Below are positions 1 to 14,599 of a stretch of 64,000 nucleotides of DNA, one piece after another. Within the stretch, counting starts at the first letter, position 1. The number at the start of each line of letters is the position of its first letter. Source of the stretch: the human T2T-CHM13v2.0 reference genome, Homo sapiens; the NCBI RefSeq assembly GCF_009914755.1, contig NC_060933.1; one strand, given 5' to 3'. The translations under genes were made by a program, and so were the position numbers. The notes under the pieces were generated by a model. The model was not told the origin of the DNA, made no database searches, and worked only from the letters and a program-made list of their open reading frames with translations.

Positions 1-365
1 TAATTAATTTTTTAAATTGTTAGATAATTGTAGATTCACATGCAGTTACTTTTACCCAGTTTTCCCAGTGGTAACATCTTGGCAAAACTAGAATACGATT
101 TCACCGCCAGGTATTGACATTGATGCAACCCATGTGTCATGTTCAGATTGCCCAGTTATATATGCACAAGGACTCATCTGTGTGTATGTGTTTGTGTGTG
201 TGTGTTCGTGTGTGTGTGTGTGTTTAGTTCTATACGATCTTCTCACATATACATTGGTGTATTCACCCCCACAGTCAAGATACCAAACATACTGAACATT
301 TTCATCACCCAAAGGATCCCTCCTGCTGTCCTTTCATGGCCACATCCACCACTGCCCTCCCCGAC
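1..365 (-). mobile_element. Old L1 (L1MC/L1MD-type) 3' terminal segment
   Basis: GTAGATTCACATGCAGTT...ACAGTCAAGATAC...GGATCCCT is the reverse complement of the L1MC-type 3' end also seen on + at 17860-18085. Confidence 0.8.
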
Positions 366-404
366 AATTAACTTAGTAATATTTTATTTTAGGAATAATA
401 AAGT

Positions 405-830
405 ATTGGTGAGCTGTAAACTGGTACAGCCACTCCGAAAAACAGTTTAGTCATTTCTCATAAAACTAAATATGCAACGCCCGTACAGTTGTGTTCTTGA
501 GCATTTATCCCGGAGAAATGAAAACTTACATTCACACAAAAACTTGCACCATGAATGTTCATGGCAGCTTTATTTGTAGTAGTCAAAAATGTGTAATCGT
601 CAACCCAGATGTCCTTCAGCTCACAGGTGAATGGTTAAACACTGTGTGCACACCCAGACTGTGGAACACCACTCAGCCATTAGACGGAATGGACTGTTGA
701 TACATAAAACTTGGATGAATCTCCAGAGAATTATGCTGAGTGAAAAAAGCCAATCCCAAAAGGTTCCACACTGTATGATGCCATTTACACATCATTCTTG
801 AAGTGACAATATTTTGGAAATGGACAGACT
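405..830 (+). mobile_element. Old L1 (L1MC/L1MD-type) ORF2-end/3'UTR segment, inverted relative to 1-365
   Basis: GAGCATTTATCCCGGAGAAATGAAAAC...TTGGATGAATCTCCAG..AAAGGTT; collinear with 16560-17815. Confidence 0.8.
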
Positions 831-3800
831 GCTTTCAAGTGCTCCTTATCACGGCCTTGGGGCAGGAGGCAGCATTTGCTGGTATGGTGATCAGTAGTGA
901 ACCCATAATGAAGGCTGGGTCAACAAAAGCATTGCATTTGCCCCCTTAGCCTGTTTCCTCCCCATCACTCATTTGTATCTGCCCTGGGTAAAACACTCAA
1001 TGGCACACAAAGAAATCTGAGATCCAGCCACGGCAGTTAGTATTACATGATGAACCTGGGTCACACATGATGTAACTGGGATTATCTTTCCAGAACCCTC
1101 TTCCATGTAGAGAGTTGGCCAAAAGAGGGGTTCTGCCTGAGATTTGCAAAATGGAAGTGAAGCAGCAGCTTGTACCCTGAAGGTTGTCATGGCCTCTACA
1201 GTGACAAGCAAACACAGAGCTGCCCTCCCTCCTCTGGGCCTGACCCTTCCCACTGACCACAAGAGGCCCCAGGCCCAGCAGCAGACATTGAGCCTGGACT
1301 TTATGCTAGAGGTGGTGGCAGTCCATAGACCCCACCTACTCCCCTTTGTGCCCCATGGCCCATGCTCTGACTTGCCTTTCTTGCCACAGGCCAGGGATTC
1401 AGGAAGGCTGGTTGATGCCTTTTCTCAGATTCTCCAACACCCCTTGTACTTTTCTGCCCAGCTCCCCCATGGTCCTGCAGGGTCTAACCACTGGAAAGAA
1501 TCCCTCATCTGCACCATGCATCTTGCTTCTGCTCTCCTGCTGGGACCCTGCCCTGCAAAGCTCACCAGGAAGATAGCTCCCCACAACAGCCAGCAGTCCA
1601 CAGAACCATGGCGGGACAGGAGGCATGAACTCCAGGAATCACCAGGGCTGACCTTCTGGCAGAGAGGAGACAAGTTCCGATTGGAAGTGAGGAGGAGTTC
1701 TGAGTAGGGGCAAGGAGGGAATAACATACAGGGTTTGAGACTATTTTATTCACCCGTTCACTCAGCAGACTTTCCTGGGACCTGCTGTGTCCCTGCTCAC
1801 ACCAAGTCCTCACCCTCTGGTGGGGTCAGGAGTCAAGAGATGGTGCTGGGCCAGGCTGGCACCAAAGGCTGGCTTCCCACCACCAGGAGCTCAGATCCGG
1901 ACAATCCCCAGGGAATGTTTGAACCACGGCCCAAGTCATTGGAACCCAGAATGACTGCCAAGACACACTCATGGCATAATTTGCCCAGGGGCTTGGGCTT
2001 CCCACCTGCAGATGGAATATTTTCGGGAAACTGCACAGGAGGCTCGAAGGCCTGCCAACAAGTAATGCAAACCATCTAATCAGCCCACTGTGATGTCGGC
2101 ACCCACTAGGAACCAAAATATATAACCAGAGTCATGGAGGTAAATTTCAGAAGACAATTCGGCCATCTCAGAAACAAGAAAGCCCCACAGGTAAGTAACT
2201 GTGAATGCAGGCTGCAGCTGGACCGTTGCGGCAGCCAGGGAAAGAGTTGTGGGAAGGAGTCATCAGGATGAGATAGAGAAGACAGCTGGAGACGGCAAGA
2301 AGTCAGCTGAACAGCTGAGATGGGCGAACAAGGAGCCACCGTTTACTGCAGCTCTGCTCCCACACGCTGCCGAACACGCCTCTGGGCTTTCCAGATGGTT
2401 TCTCCTGTTGATTCTGTGCTGAAAGCCCTGCCCCTTGGAGAAATACCTGGAGGATCCAAGTGGCTTCCATTCAGAGAAGGACAAATTCAAGAAGCTATGC
2501 TATGACCTCTGTGTGCAATGAAAAATCAAACTGGATTGATGTACCACAGTCAACAAGAAGGTTAAACGGAAGATATGAAAAATGCAATCATGCCTTGGAC
2601 AACACATACTGGACACTTACCATGAGTGGGGCAGTGGAGTCAGGAAAGCATGCGATGTTAACTCACACGCCCAGCCGCTGCTCTCATCCAGTGTCTCATG
2701 GCTTCGAGGGAAATAATAGCAACAGCAAGCCACGTTAAGACAGAGTCTTGCTGCTTCTTTGAGTGACACTGGAAGAAAGCATCCCTGTTCAATAATGGGA
2801 GGGCATGTTGCTGTCTAAGTCTTGGCAGTATCAGAAATCCCCTCTGGCACAGCAAGTGGTCAGCACAAGGGTGTAGCCAACTGCACCCACACCAGGAGGA
2901 CATGGTCTGGGGGGCCAAAGGTACAGGCTGATGCCTCATCCAGCTGGGAACCCATGCTCTGCACATGGCAGGCAGCACTTGAGCAAGGGAGGGCTACAGA
3001 GAACACCAGCTCTGGGGCAGATGGGACTCGGGGATCACCAGTGGTACCTTAAATAATTGGCTGCTCTGTTAAATGGAACCTCTCGCACCTGCCTTGCTGA
3101 GCTGCGGTGAGGATTAGAGACCACGTAAGTGAAGCACCCAGTGCCTAGCAGGCCTACAGTAGCAGCTGCCCGCAGGAGTAGCGGCAAAAGCAGTGGTAGA
3201 AGATGGAGTCTACAAATCTCTGCAACATGCAAGCTGGAGACACGCAAAGTTGAAACGTGGATGTGGATGTCCTCTCCAAGAATGCCCATGGGAATGCAGT
3301 CCAGACAGAAGAATGGAAGCAAAGCTTCTTCGGCCATCAGCTAGTTTTCTTGGGAGTGTTCAGGAAAGAAGGTTATCGAACTGCCTGGTCAAGGTCACTG
3401 CTGTGAGCAGACAGGCATGGCCCTGGAGGGCCTCCTGGGATTCCCACAGAAAGTCTCCCAGAGTTCTCCTAGAGGAGGCTGACCCTTCTCCACTGGCACC
3501 TGTCCCTTTGTTGGCAGGGGTTGCCCCAGGGACATAAACAACCTGCATCTTTCACTATGTTTGCAGACAAGCCATCTCTGCTGCTAAAAGACCACCAGTC
3601 ACTCTCCTGGGTGGTGGGAGCCTCTCCAGCTTGCTACAGTGCATCCTTCCAGGGAAAGTGATCCAGCTGCCCTGAAACCCTGGCCTGGGGTTCAAAATTC
3701 TTGAAGCTTGGAATTGGGGGGCTGGCCTTTTAGCTCTCTCCTATGCATCTATGTGCATCATTAACTCCTTCTATGGGTTTTCTAAGCAAGATGTAAAGCT

Positions 3801-3885
3801 CCCTAAAGGGCAGAAATCTTGTCTCAGAGTTCCTGTTATTGTCCCAAGACCTGCACACATCTCTACCTATTTGAGGTGCTAAGTA

Positions 3886-4257
3886 CAGTGAAGCACCATG
3901 CAACAACATTTCAGCGAAGGACAGGCTGCATATACAAAGGCGTTTTTAATGAGCTGCCCTATGGAGGGATACCATGTTTTATCTTTTATACCATATTTTT
4001 ACTGTGCCTTATCTACGTTTAGATAGATTTAGATACACAAATACCACTGTGTCTGGTTGCCTGCAGTACTCAGTACAGTCCCATGCTGTACAGGTTTATG
4101 GCCTAAAAGCAATGGGCTGAACCCTATAGCCTGGGTTCATAGCAGGTTCTACCATCAAGGTTTGTGTGAGTGTATTACAGGATGCTTGCACTATGACAAA
4201 ATTGCCTAACAATGCATTTCTCAGGACGTATATCTGTTGTGAAGCAATGCACAACTG
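3886..4257 (+). mobile_element. Tigger3a/MER7-type non-autonomous TcMar-Tigger element
   Basis: CAGT...ACTG termini flanked by TA; internal ATTTTTACTGTGCC..AGCAATGGGCT homologous to the Tigger3 copy at 63039-64000. Confidence 0.8.
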
Positions 4258-4346
4258 TATTTTCTGACTACTGTTCTTGCCTGCTGATAAGTGAGAACCA
4301 AGTGCATAAACTCTAAGAGTCCCTTTGGCATTCTTGGTTTAACCTG

Positions 4347-5154
<808 letters not shown>

Positions 5155-5269
5155 TCTTGTAATTTAATAGAATTCATTTCCTTGATAATCCTGTGCTCTG
5201 GTTTTCTATTGCTGAGTGACACCAGCACCCCCTCCAAAAACAAACAAACAAACAAAAAGAAAACAAAAT

Positions 5270-5745
5270 AAAAACAAATTTAATGGCCTAGAGCAACCAC
5301 TTTCTTTTGCTGACAGTTTTGTGGATCAGGAGATTGAGGGAGACTCACCTGGGAAGCTTGATTCTGACTACACAGCATCCCCTGCATATTCCTCTCCACT
5401 CAGTCTGCTGCCTCCTTGGTGCTCCTTGGTCTTCCTCTGAACATGGTACCTCATTACACGGGCCTTGGCCTTCCCACAGTGTGGTGGTCTTAGGCGGTCA
5501 TGCTTCTTACACAAGCCTGCTTCTCACAAAGAGGGAAGAGGTGCTGGGACGGTCAAGAGCTACATTCAGAGCTGCTACACCATCACTCCCTCCATATTCT
5601 ATTGGTCCAGGGATTCTCAGGGCTTCCTGAATTCCAGGAGGTAGAGAAATGGACTTGGTGGGGGAGTGACAAGTTCAGATGAGAGAAAAGCATGTGGCCT
5701 GGGGGACACCATCACACTACCTTTAGAAAGTACAATACACCCATC
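5270..5745 (-). mobile_element. Old MLT1 (J/K/L-type) MaLR LTR remnant
   Basis: Diverged motifs TTTTGTGGATCAGGA, CCATATTCTATTGGTC, AAAGCATGTGG. Confidence 0.45.
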
Positions 5746-5758
5746 CCATGTGTTTTAT

Positions 5759-6147
5759 TGTATTAGTCTGTTCTCACGCTGCTATAAAGAAATACCTGAG
5801 ATTGTAATTTACAAAGAAAAGAGGCTTAATAGGCTTACAGTTCTTTAGGCTGTACAGGCTTCTGCTTCTGGGGAGGCCTCAGGAAACTTATAACCATGGC
5901 AGAAGGCAAAGAAGAAGCAGGCATGTCACATGGCCAGAGCAGGAGGAAAAGAGAGAGAGAAGGAGATGCTATGCGCTTTTAAACAACCAGATCTCATGAG
6001 AACTCACTCACGATCATGAGAACAGCAAGAGGGAAATCCACCTCAATGATCCAATCACCTTCCACCAAGCCCCTCCTCCAACACTGGGGATGAAAATTCC
6101 ACATGAGATTTGAGGGGTGGGTGGGGGCACACATCCAAACTATATCA
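5759..6147 (-). mobile_element. MSTA/MSTB MaLR solo LTR
   Basis: TGTATTAGTCTGTTCTC...CCAAACTATATCA with perfect 5-bp TSD TTTAT. Confidence 0.92.
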
Positions 6148-6333
6148 TTTATTTTATTTATTTCATATATTAGAAACATCATTCTGATCAGGCATCCATA
6201 AGGTTCACCACGCTGCCAGAGGGGTGCACGGCACAGGCAGTGAGAACCCAGCATCAAGTAATGGCTTTATTCCTCTGGAGGGTTGGAGAGAACCAGCTCA
6301 ACTGTTTATTGCATGGAACTCAACAGTATTTGA

Positions 6334-7054
<721 letters not shown>

Positions 7055-8355
7055 TCTCAGTCAAGGGTAAGCTGCAAATAGGGGCGGCCTACACCTCTGC
7101 GGTCACATTTCACCCTGACCTCTCCCATTTCCGAGTTGCCAACATGCTCTCTGCACTGCCACACCCATCTTGTGGTCAGGCCTGAGGCCCTCTTATGGGA
7201 ATGAGGGTGACAAACTCTCCCTGACAGAGAGGCAGGGACCCCAACAGGGGCACCACCCCATGGCTTGCTCACAGAGTTATAAATTGTAAGTCACGGCCAG
7301 CACTGGGAAGCTGCCTCCCCTCTGGCCCTGGCCGGCACCCTTGAGCACACCGGAAGCTGCTGGCATCTGAGCTGTCCCTTGCTGCGGATGCGTCTGCAGA
7401 CACATGACACTTGGCTCAGAGTTCCCTGGGCCTCTGCAGACAAGAGCGGCCTGAGATTACCATGAGATAGGAGGACACCTGCTCTACTCGCACTTCCAGG
7501 GAACGCAGCACGGCAAGCTCCTGTCATTTTCCAGACTTTGAGAAAAGGATGTTCACTTGCTTCCCAGCTTCTTGCTTCATCAGACAATTGACTCAGAAAG
7601 AAAAATGCTCATTGGATTTCTCACCTCCTCTGTCAGTGCTGCGTAAACAGATCAGAAAAGGCAGAGGGATGTGGGGTCCGGCCTCCTTGATGAGAGAGTG
7701 AGTCACCAGCTTGTGGGGGGTGATCGATAGTGCAGAAATTAGTCATGAAATCTGAATGAAAACAAAAGAGCTGATCCCATCCTGTGGCTCGTGGTACCAC
7801 AGAGACAGTCAATGAAAACAGCCTTGAACACAGGCAGATGCAGAGATCAACTCCACAGAGCTCAGAGAGCGGCTCACCTCCCTATCCCAAGTTCAAAATC
7901 CCAGCATCCTTATCGAGGAAAAGTCCCTCGCAGCAGGGAGGAGAGAAGAGAAGCAGAGGGAGGGAGGGAGAGAGTGAGGGAGGAGAGGGGCCTGACACTC
8001 AGGCTGAGTCTGGGACACCTTGCAGCAGCGTGGCCAGCCTTCCCTTCCACTGGACCTCGGTGGCCAAGGGCTACTCCCAGTCCCTTCCACATGCCCCTGG
8101 CCGAGCACTCAGGTCACTTTTAGTTTGCCTGCAGAAAAAGGCAGTCAGAGGACAAACGGCCTTTGACCCCCCCACTCTCCTGGTGCTGGAAAGGAGGCAG
8201 CGCCCAGCAAATGGGACTCTCCCTGGAGCCATAAGGACTAGGAGGGCTGGCATTTGGCTGAGTAGCCAGGGTATTTTTATCCACTCTGTACAATCTGATT
8301 TTTTTAGTTGGCATACTTTCAGACAGAATTTTCCTATTAAAATGTGCTAAAATTA

Positions 8356-8747
<392 letters not shown>

Positions 8748-9138
8748 TCAGAGGTCTAGCCCAGCAGGACATGTATGGCCAGCTCTCCCTGCAGGGTGAG
8801 AGGGACTTTGGAGAAAGGAGGACCAGAAGGAGAGCAGCCCTTCCCATCTTCTCTTCCCCTGGGCCAGGAGAGTGCTTTGGGATGAGGGACGTCCCACACC
8901 ACAGACTGCAACCCAGCGCTTTGAAAGAAGTTTAAAGAAAATGTTAGGGTTTGGACAAGGCCCAGCTGGGCAAGAGATTCTTGTTTTCTAACCAGGAGAA
9001 TACACTTGCTGCTAAAACATACAGAGGAAGAGATTAACATAGTAACGAAGCAAAGCAAGGAGGAGAAACAAAACCGTCTGTACTCAACAAGAGGGTGCCC
9101 CGCCCAGCCTCAGCTCCTCTAGCCAACAGGAGAGCTGC

Positions 9139-9543
9139 CACCCAGGTAACCCGGTTCTTGGGTTCACCCAGGTAACAGGCTGTTCTCGGGTTCGCCCAGG
9201 TAACAGGGTTCTCGGGTTCACCCAGGTAACAGGCTGTTCTCAGGTTCACCCAGGTAACAGGTTTCTCAGTTTCACTCAGGTAACAGGGCTGTTCTAAGGT
9301 TCACCCAGGTAACGGGCTGTTCACGGGTTCGCCCAGGTAACAGGGCTGTTCTAAGATTCACCCAGGTGACAGGCTGTTCTCAGGTTCACCTGTATAATAG
9401 GGCTGTTCCCAGCTTACCTTGGTAACAGAACTAACCTCAGGTTCATCCAAGTAACAGGCTGTTCTGGTGCTCACCCAGGTAATAGGGCTGTTCTTAGGTT
9501 CATCCAGGTAACAGCTGTTCTTGTGCTCACCTGGGTAACAGGG
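9139..9543. repeat. Minisatellite, about 15 copies of a 26-29 bp unit (CACCCAGGTAACAGG[G]CTGTTCTCAGGTT)
   Basis: Direct tandem units read from the sequence; more degenerate toward the right end. Confidence 0.95.
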
Positions 9544-12049
9544 ATGCCCTGCTAATGCCAGGGAGGAAAGCCAGACTCTTGGGTAGAAAGAATCTGATAG
9601 CAGCCTGGCTCTCTTTGCCTCTGTTAAGCATCACTGTGTTCAATCTCCATTTTTAGAACTCCACATTAAAAGGTCAAGTGCCTTCTAAAGTATTTATTTT
9701 CTCTCCAGTGTTTGTGCCCTGATTGAAATGACAGCACCATGCTGCTTCCCTCGCACCCACATCAAGCTTGATCCACTTGGCACAGGTTATTTTTTACCCG
9801 AATGGCCAAAGAAGCCTGAAATTCACAGCATTTGGGGTTCTGTTTTTTCTTAATCTGGCTGTAACCCTGACTCCTAGAGCCACAAAAACACGTGGCCACT
9901 CAGAAAAAGCACAGGTGTCCTTCCTCCCATGGCCAGATTGGTGGAATGCACCTGCCAAGTCTTCACCCCCATGGGCTTTACCTCTGAACATATGATCTTG
10001 CTAAAGTAAACCCAGCTCTGCCCACCTGTAGGACCCCACCATCCCAGAGGTGGCCTTCCGGAGCCCTGCCTGAGGGCTTGCAGAAAGCTCACGGCGTGGA
10101 TGTCTGGATTGCTGGCAGGCCTTCTCCCTGATCTGGCTGTGTCTTGTCGCCTCTTGCTCTGGGCTTCCTGGCCAGTCACTGTGTCACAGAACTCCATGAA
10201 CTTCTCTCCCGCTGTAGCTCTCCAGAACAGCCCAAGGCGTGGCCACACTTCACCTTGGATTCCCCACAACAGAGAATATCAGGCTCCAGTGTTCCAGGTC
10301 CAGCTTCCCAGGGGCTCCTGGGAACCAGGCAAGAAATCACAACTCTGAGGAGAAAGCCAAACCCTGTTTATCAAAGATCCCTGTGTCCTTGTCTATTGGC
10401 CAGGCCCCAGGACTGGTGTCCCCTCTCCAGAGTCCAGGCCTCCTTTCTCCAGGGGCCTCATTTCCAGAGCAGGCAGGGTACAGGCACTGTTGGATTCACC
10501 CGCACAGCTCTGAGAGTGGGCTTGGCCCATTTGCGGAACCCCGAACCAGGGATGCCAAGGTTCTGTGCACTCCAGGCTGCTCAACCCCAAACTCCAGAAG
10601 CAGGTGAAAAGAGAATGTGGCTGGAACGCTCTTCTAGCAAGGTCCTCGAGTTCTTGGACCAGAAAGACAAAACCCTTCTCCCATGGGAAAAACAGACTTC
10701 TAACCCTAGAGCACACAAAACCAACTCGCACCATTAAGCCCAGCCATTCACATTCTTTTTCGCAACTCTCCACCTTCCCAAGGGCAAAGCAAAGCCTTCT
10801 TTCCAAGACAAGTCCCATCTCTCACCCCAAAAGAAGAGCAGGGGTAGTTGACGGTGAAAACTCATAACAGATAAGTGAAGAACTTCGTCCTCACATCAGC
10901 CCTGGGGGCAGAATTCCCGGCCCAGCACAGAGCCCATCCGGGTAGGAGGGACAGCGGCCTGCGTGACGTGGTTGTCAGAGACAGCCTCGTGCTTCCATAT
11001 CGCCACCCGCAGAGCACAACAGTTCAGTCTGCGATTTCAACTCCAGACCGTATTGACAGAAGCAAAGAAAACAACAGCTAAAACCAGAAGGTCTCACCAG
11101 GGAGCCTATGTTAAAAATAAAAATAAATAAAATACTTGGAACATTCTTTTCTGCAGGAACATCTACTCCCTTTTCTACTTAATCCTGGCCTCCTTTCTTC
11201 TCTCCCTCTTTTCCTAATGAGCCCCTCTGGCTGCTGCCCAGCGTGGTGGCTCCTCCTCCCCCCATGCCCACTGCTACTGTGTCCTGGGCCTGCCCTGGGA
11301 CCGCCCAACCCTGTCGAGTGCACCCTGCCTGCAGTACCCTCTGGGCCCTACCCAGTGGCCACCACCGCTAAGATGATCAGGCAAGTTGGGAATGACAAGT
11401 ATGCTGTGCCTGGTGTCTTACGGAAGACTGCAAAACCCAAAACAAGCGCTCTCCTTGCCCAGGAGGGTTACTCTCTTCTCCTAAAGAGTTTGCTCTCCCA
11501 CTCTCCGGAGCAACCATTGCACAAAGCCTCTGTCCTCAGCCTCACAGCGCCCCCCCCACCACCACCCACAAGCTGCCCTTCAGGGAGAAAACCAAAGCCA
11601 GCAGGCAGTGGCTGTCTTGTCCATCATCGGCCCCCAACCCCTGACTTCTGGGCTTCCATGCACCAGGCACCTCTGGACACAGTGAAGCAGAGCAGCCCTT
11701 TCTCCAGGTGCTGAACTCTGCATCCCCCACCACCATCTTCTCAGAGATGCCTCTTTTCCTGCACCATTGTGTCCCCTCTCTACCAGACCATTCCAATAGC
11801 AAGAAAACATGCTTTATGTTGGTCTTTTAAATTTTCATTTTGTATTGACCCCGCATTTTCCCCCACCAATAGCCCTATTTTGCCATTACCTGTTATGCAC
11901 CAAACAGTGCTGTCTGCAGATGCTATCTGTGCTATCTCTGCTTCCAGCTCCTGCACGGCCATCCCCCATCCCCATACTGCCCCCTCCACCCTCTGGAATG
12001 GCTGGTCAAGGTCATGAAGAACCTCCAGTGGCCTCTCACTGAGTTGGTG

Positions 12050-12935
12050 GATGGATGCAAAATGTATTTTGAAATGAGAAGGTGAAGACTGCAGGACAAT
12101 GTGAGGGTTTATTGTATGTGGAAGGCAAGGAAAAGAGCAGAATCAAGGGCAAGGGCTGCCTGTTGGGCTTGAGTCATTTACTGAGATGGAAAAGTCTAGG
12201 AAGGAGCAAGTTTGGAAGCTTGGGGGTAAATTAAGTCTCTTTTTGGCCACATTAAATATGAGATCCTGATTGGATTTTCAAATAGCAGTGTCAAGATGGC
12301 AGTTGGGGCCAAGTGCAGGGTCTCATGCCTGTAATTTTAATGCATTGGTAGGCCAAGGCAGGAAGATCACTTAAGTCCAGCAGTTTGAGACCAGCCTGGG
12401 CAACATAGTGAGACTCCATCTCTACAAAAAATTTTAAAATTAGCCAGGCATGGTGGCGTAAGCCTGTGGTCACAGCTACTTGGGAGGATTCCTGGAGTCC
12501 ACGAGGTCAAGGCTGCAGGGAGCTGTGATCATGCCACTACACTCCAGCCTGGGTAACAAAGTGAGACCCTGTCTCTAAAGAAAAAAAAAAAAAAAAAAGG
12601 AAGGCAGTTAGTCATGTGCTTGGTGCTCAAGGAGAGGCCAGTATGCAGACACATACCTGGAGCTATTGGCACTAAGATGACATTTAAGGACAAGGAACTG
12701 GACAGGAGTCTCTGGAGAAGCCAAGACCTAAGCCCCTCAGGGCTCCACAGCCTGTAAGGATGAAACAGAGAGAAGGGGTTGTGGGGAGAGACCAAAGCAG
12801 GAGGAAAACAGGAGGGCGTGTTATCCAGGAGTCCACTAAAGAGTGGGCTCAGATGCTGCAAGAGATGAGTTAACTCAGAAGAGGGCCTTTGTGTTTGTCA
12901 GCAAAGCCACATCAGCTGCAACCTTTCAAAGCCAG
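12050..12935 (-). mobile_element. L2 fragment split by an AluJ
   Basis: Purine-rich L2-like motifs CATTTACTGAGATGG, TTTTGGCCACATTAAATATGAGAT, GCTCAAGGAGAGG. Confidence 0.6.
12307..12598 (+). mobile_element. AluJ
   Basis: CCTGGGCAACATAGTGAGAC, GAGGTCAAGGCTGCAG AluJ diagnostics. Confidence 0.92.
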
Positions 12936-12946
12936 GGACGATATAG

Positions 12947-13323
12947 TGTCTTAGTCTGCTTTGTGCTGCTCTAATAGAATATCACAGACTGAGTAATTTT
13001 ATAATCAACAGGAATTTATTGGCTTGTGGTTCTGGAGACTGGAAAGTCCAAGATCGAGGGACCAGCATCTGGCGAGGCCTTCTTGCTGCATTACTCCATG
13101 GCAGAAGGTGGAAGGGCAAGAGAGGACAAGAAAGTGGGAAAAGGGGGCCAAACTTGTCCTTTTATAAGGAACTCACTCCCTTGGAATAGCAGCATTACTC
13201 CATTCATGAAAGCAGAGTCCTCATGGCCTGAGCACTTCCCATTAGGCCCCACCTCCCAACACTGTTGCATGGGGCCTAAGTTTCCCACACATGCTTTTTG
13301 GAGGACATATTCAAACCACAACA
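12947..13323 (-). mobile_element. MSTC/MSTD-type MaLR solo LTR
   Basis: TGTCTTAGTCTGCTTTGTGCTGC...ATTCAAACCACAACA. Confidence 0.85.
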
Positions 13324-14599
13324 TGTGGGTTGGAAGTGTGTTCTATGCCCAAGAAAAATAATGAACCTGACATAATTGCATGAAGAAACAAACCTCCAAA
13401 CTGACACGGAAGGTGGAACAAAAGCTCAGCAAATGAGCCCTGGTGCGTTCAGACAGCCACACTCAGCACAGTTGCCATCAGAGCACCCAGAACCTTGATT
13501 TTCTGGACCTAAACACACATTGAGATCCCTGATGAGGGAGCTATTAACTTCCCTTTCATTTCTAGTAAGTTCCACTCCAGAACCAGAGGGGACCCTTTGG
13601 AGTTGCCACAAGCCTCCTTGTCTTATACCTAGGCTCTTCTCTCTAGCTCTTCTGGGCTAGGTAAGCACATACATTCCCATGCCCTGTGGGTAAGCACAAA
13701 CATTCCCAGCCACTGGAGGTGACTGGTTCTTCCAGGCAGACAATGCTTCCCTTTCCACCGGAACATGCCCATTCTGGTTTGTGAGGACTTGCAGCCACGG
13801 GGACTGTCACTCCACACAACAAAGGCAAAGGCACGGCACTGCTCCCCGTGGCTTGCCCCAATCCATGGATTTCTAAGCAAATCTAGAAGACCAAATGCTA
13901 AAAAACAAACAAACAAAAACTATTAACACAATGACTTGCAGATGAACAGCCCAGGGCTATGGGGTGGGAGGAGTTGAAGACTCCTCATTGGGTTATTGGT
14001 GTTGTTGTTTTGTGTTTTAGTAAGGAAAAATGTGCTAAACCTTCTGTGCCTGGGGTGTGTTATTATACGACAACCAAAGGCCAAAGTTTCCAGCTTTGCT
14101 ACTTGGCAGTTTTTTTAGTGGATTCATTAGCTATTTCATCTCCTTATCAGGCTGAAATGTAATAAAGATTCTAACAATATTCTAAATTCCTGGCAGAGTT
14201 ACACAACCAACGAGAACCACCAGTGTTCTCTACTCAAAGCCTCCTAGAAATGTCAAGTGTTCTTGTTGGCTTTAAGGAAATAGCATAAAAGTAACTTTCA
14301 AGCTGCAGTGGCTGAGGCCCTTGGAGGACATAATTCACACCCAGGAGAGGGGATGCTGCCGGGCGATGGCTCTCACAGCACGACGCCTTCATCTCTGTCT
14401 CGCTGCCTCTTTGAGTGTCACTGTGCATCTCTGTGGTGCCTTTGTCTGTGCTTCTCTCTATAGCAAAAGGAATATATTCAGTTAGCTTCCAATTTTACTG
14501 GTGGGAGTGAATAACTTATAGCCATAGCCAGAGATGCTAGAGTTATTCACAATGTACCACAGGATGTTTCTGTGGTCCTACCAGATTTGGGGTGCAAGG

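Noticed and set aside
2151-2196. Consensus donor CAG|GTAAGT
   Set aside because: No convincing upstream acceptor; isolated motif
9139-9543. CRISPR-like array
   Set aside because: Units are contiguous with no unique spacers, there are no cas genes, and the DNA is primate
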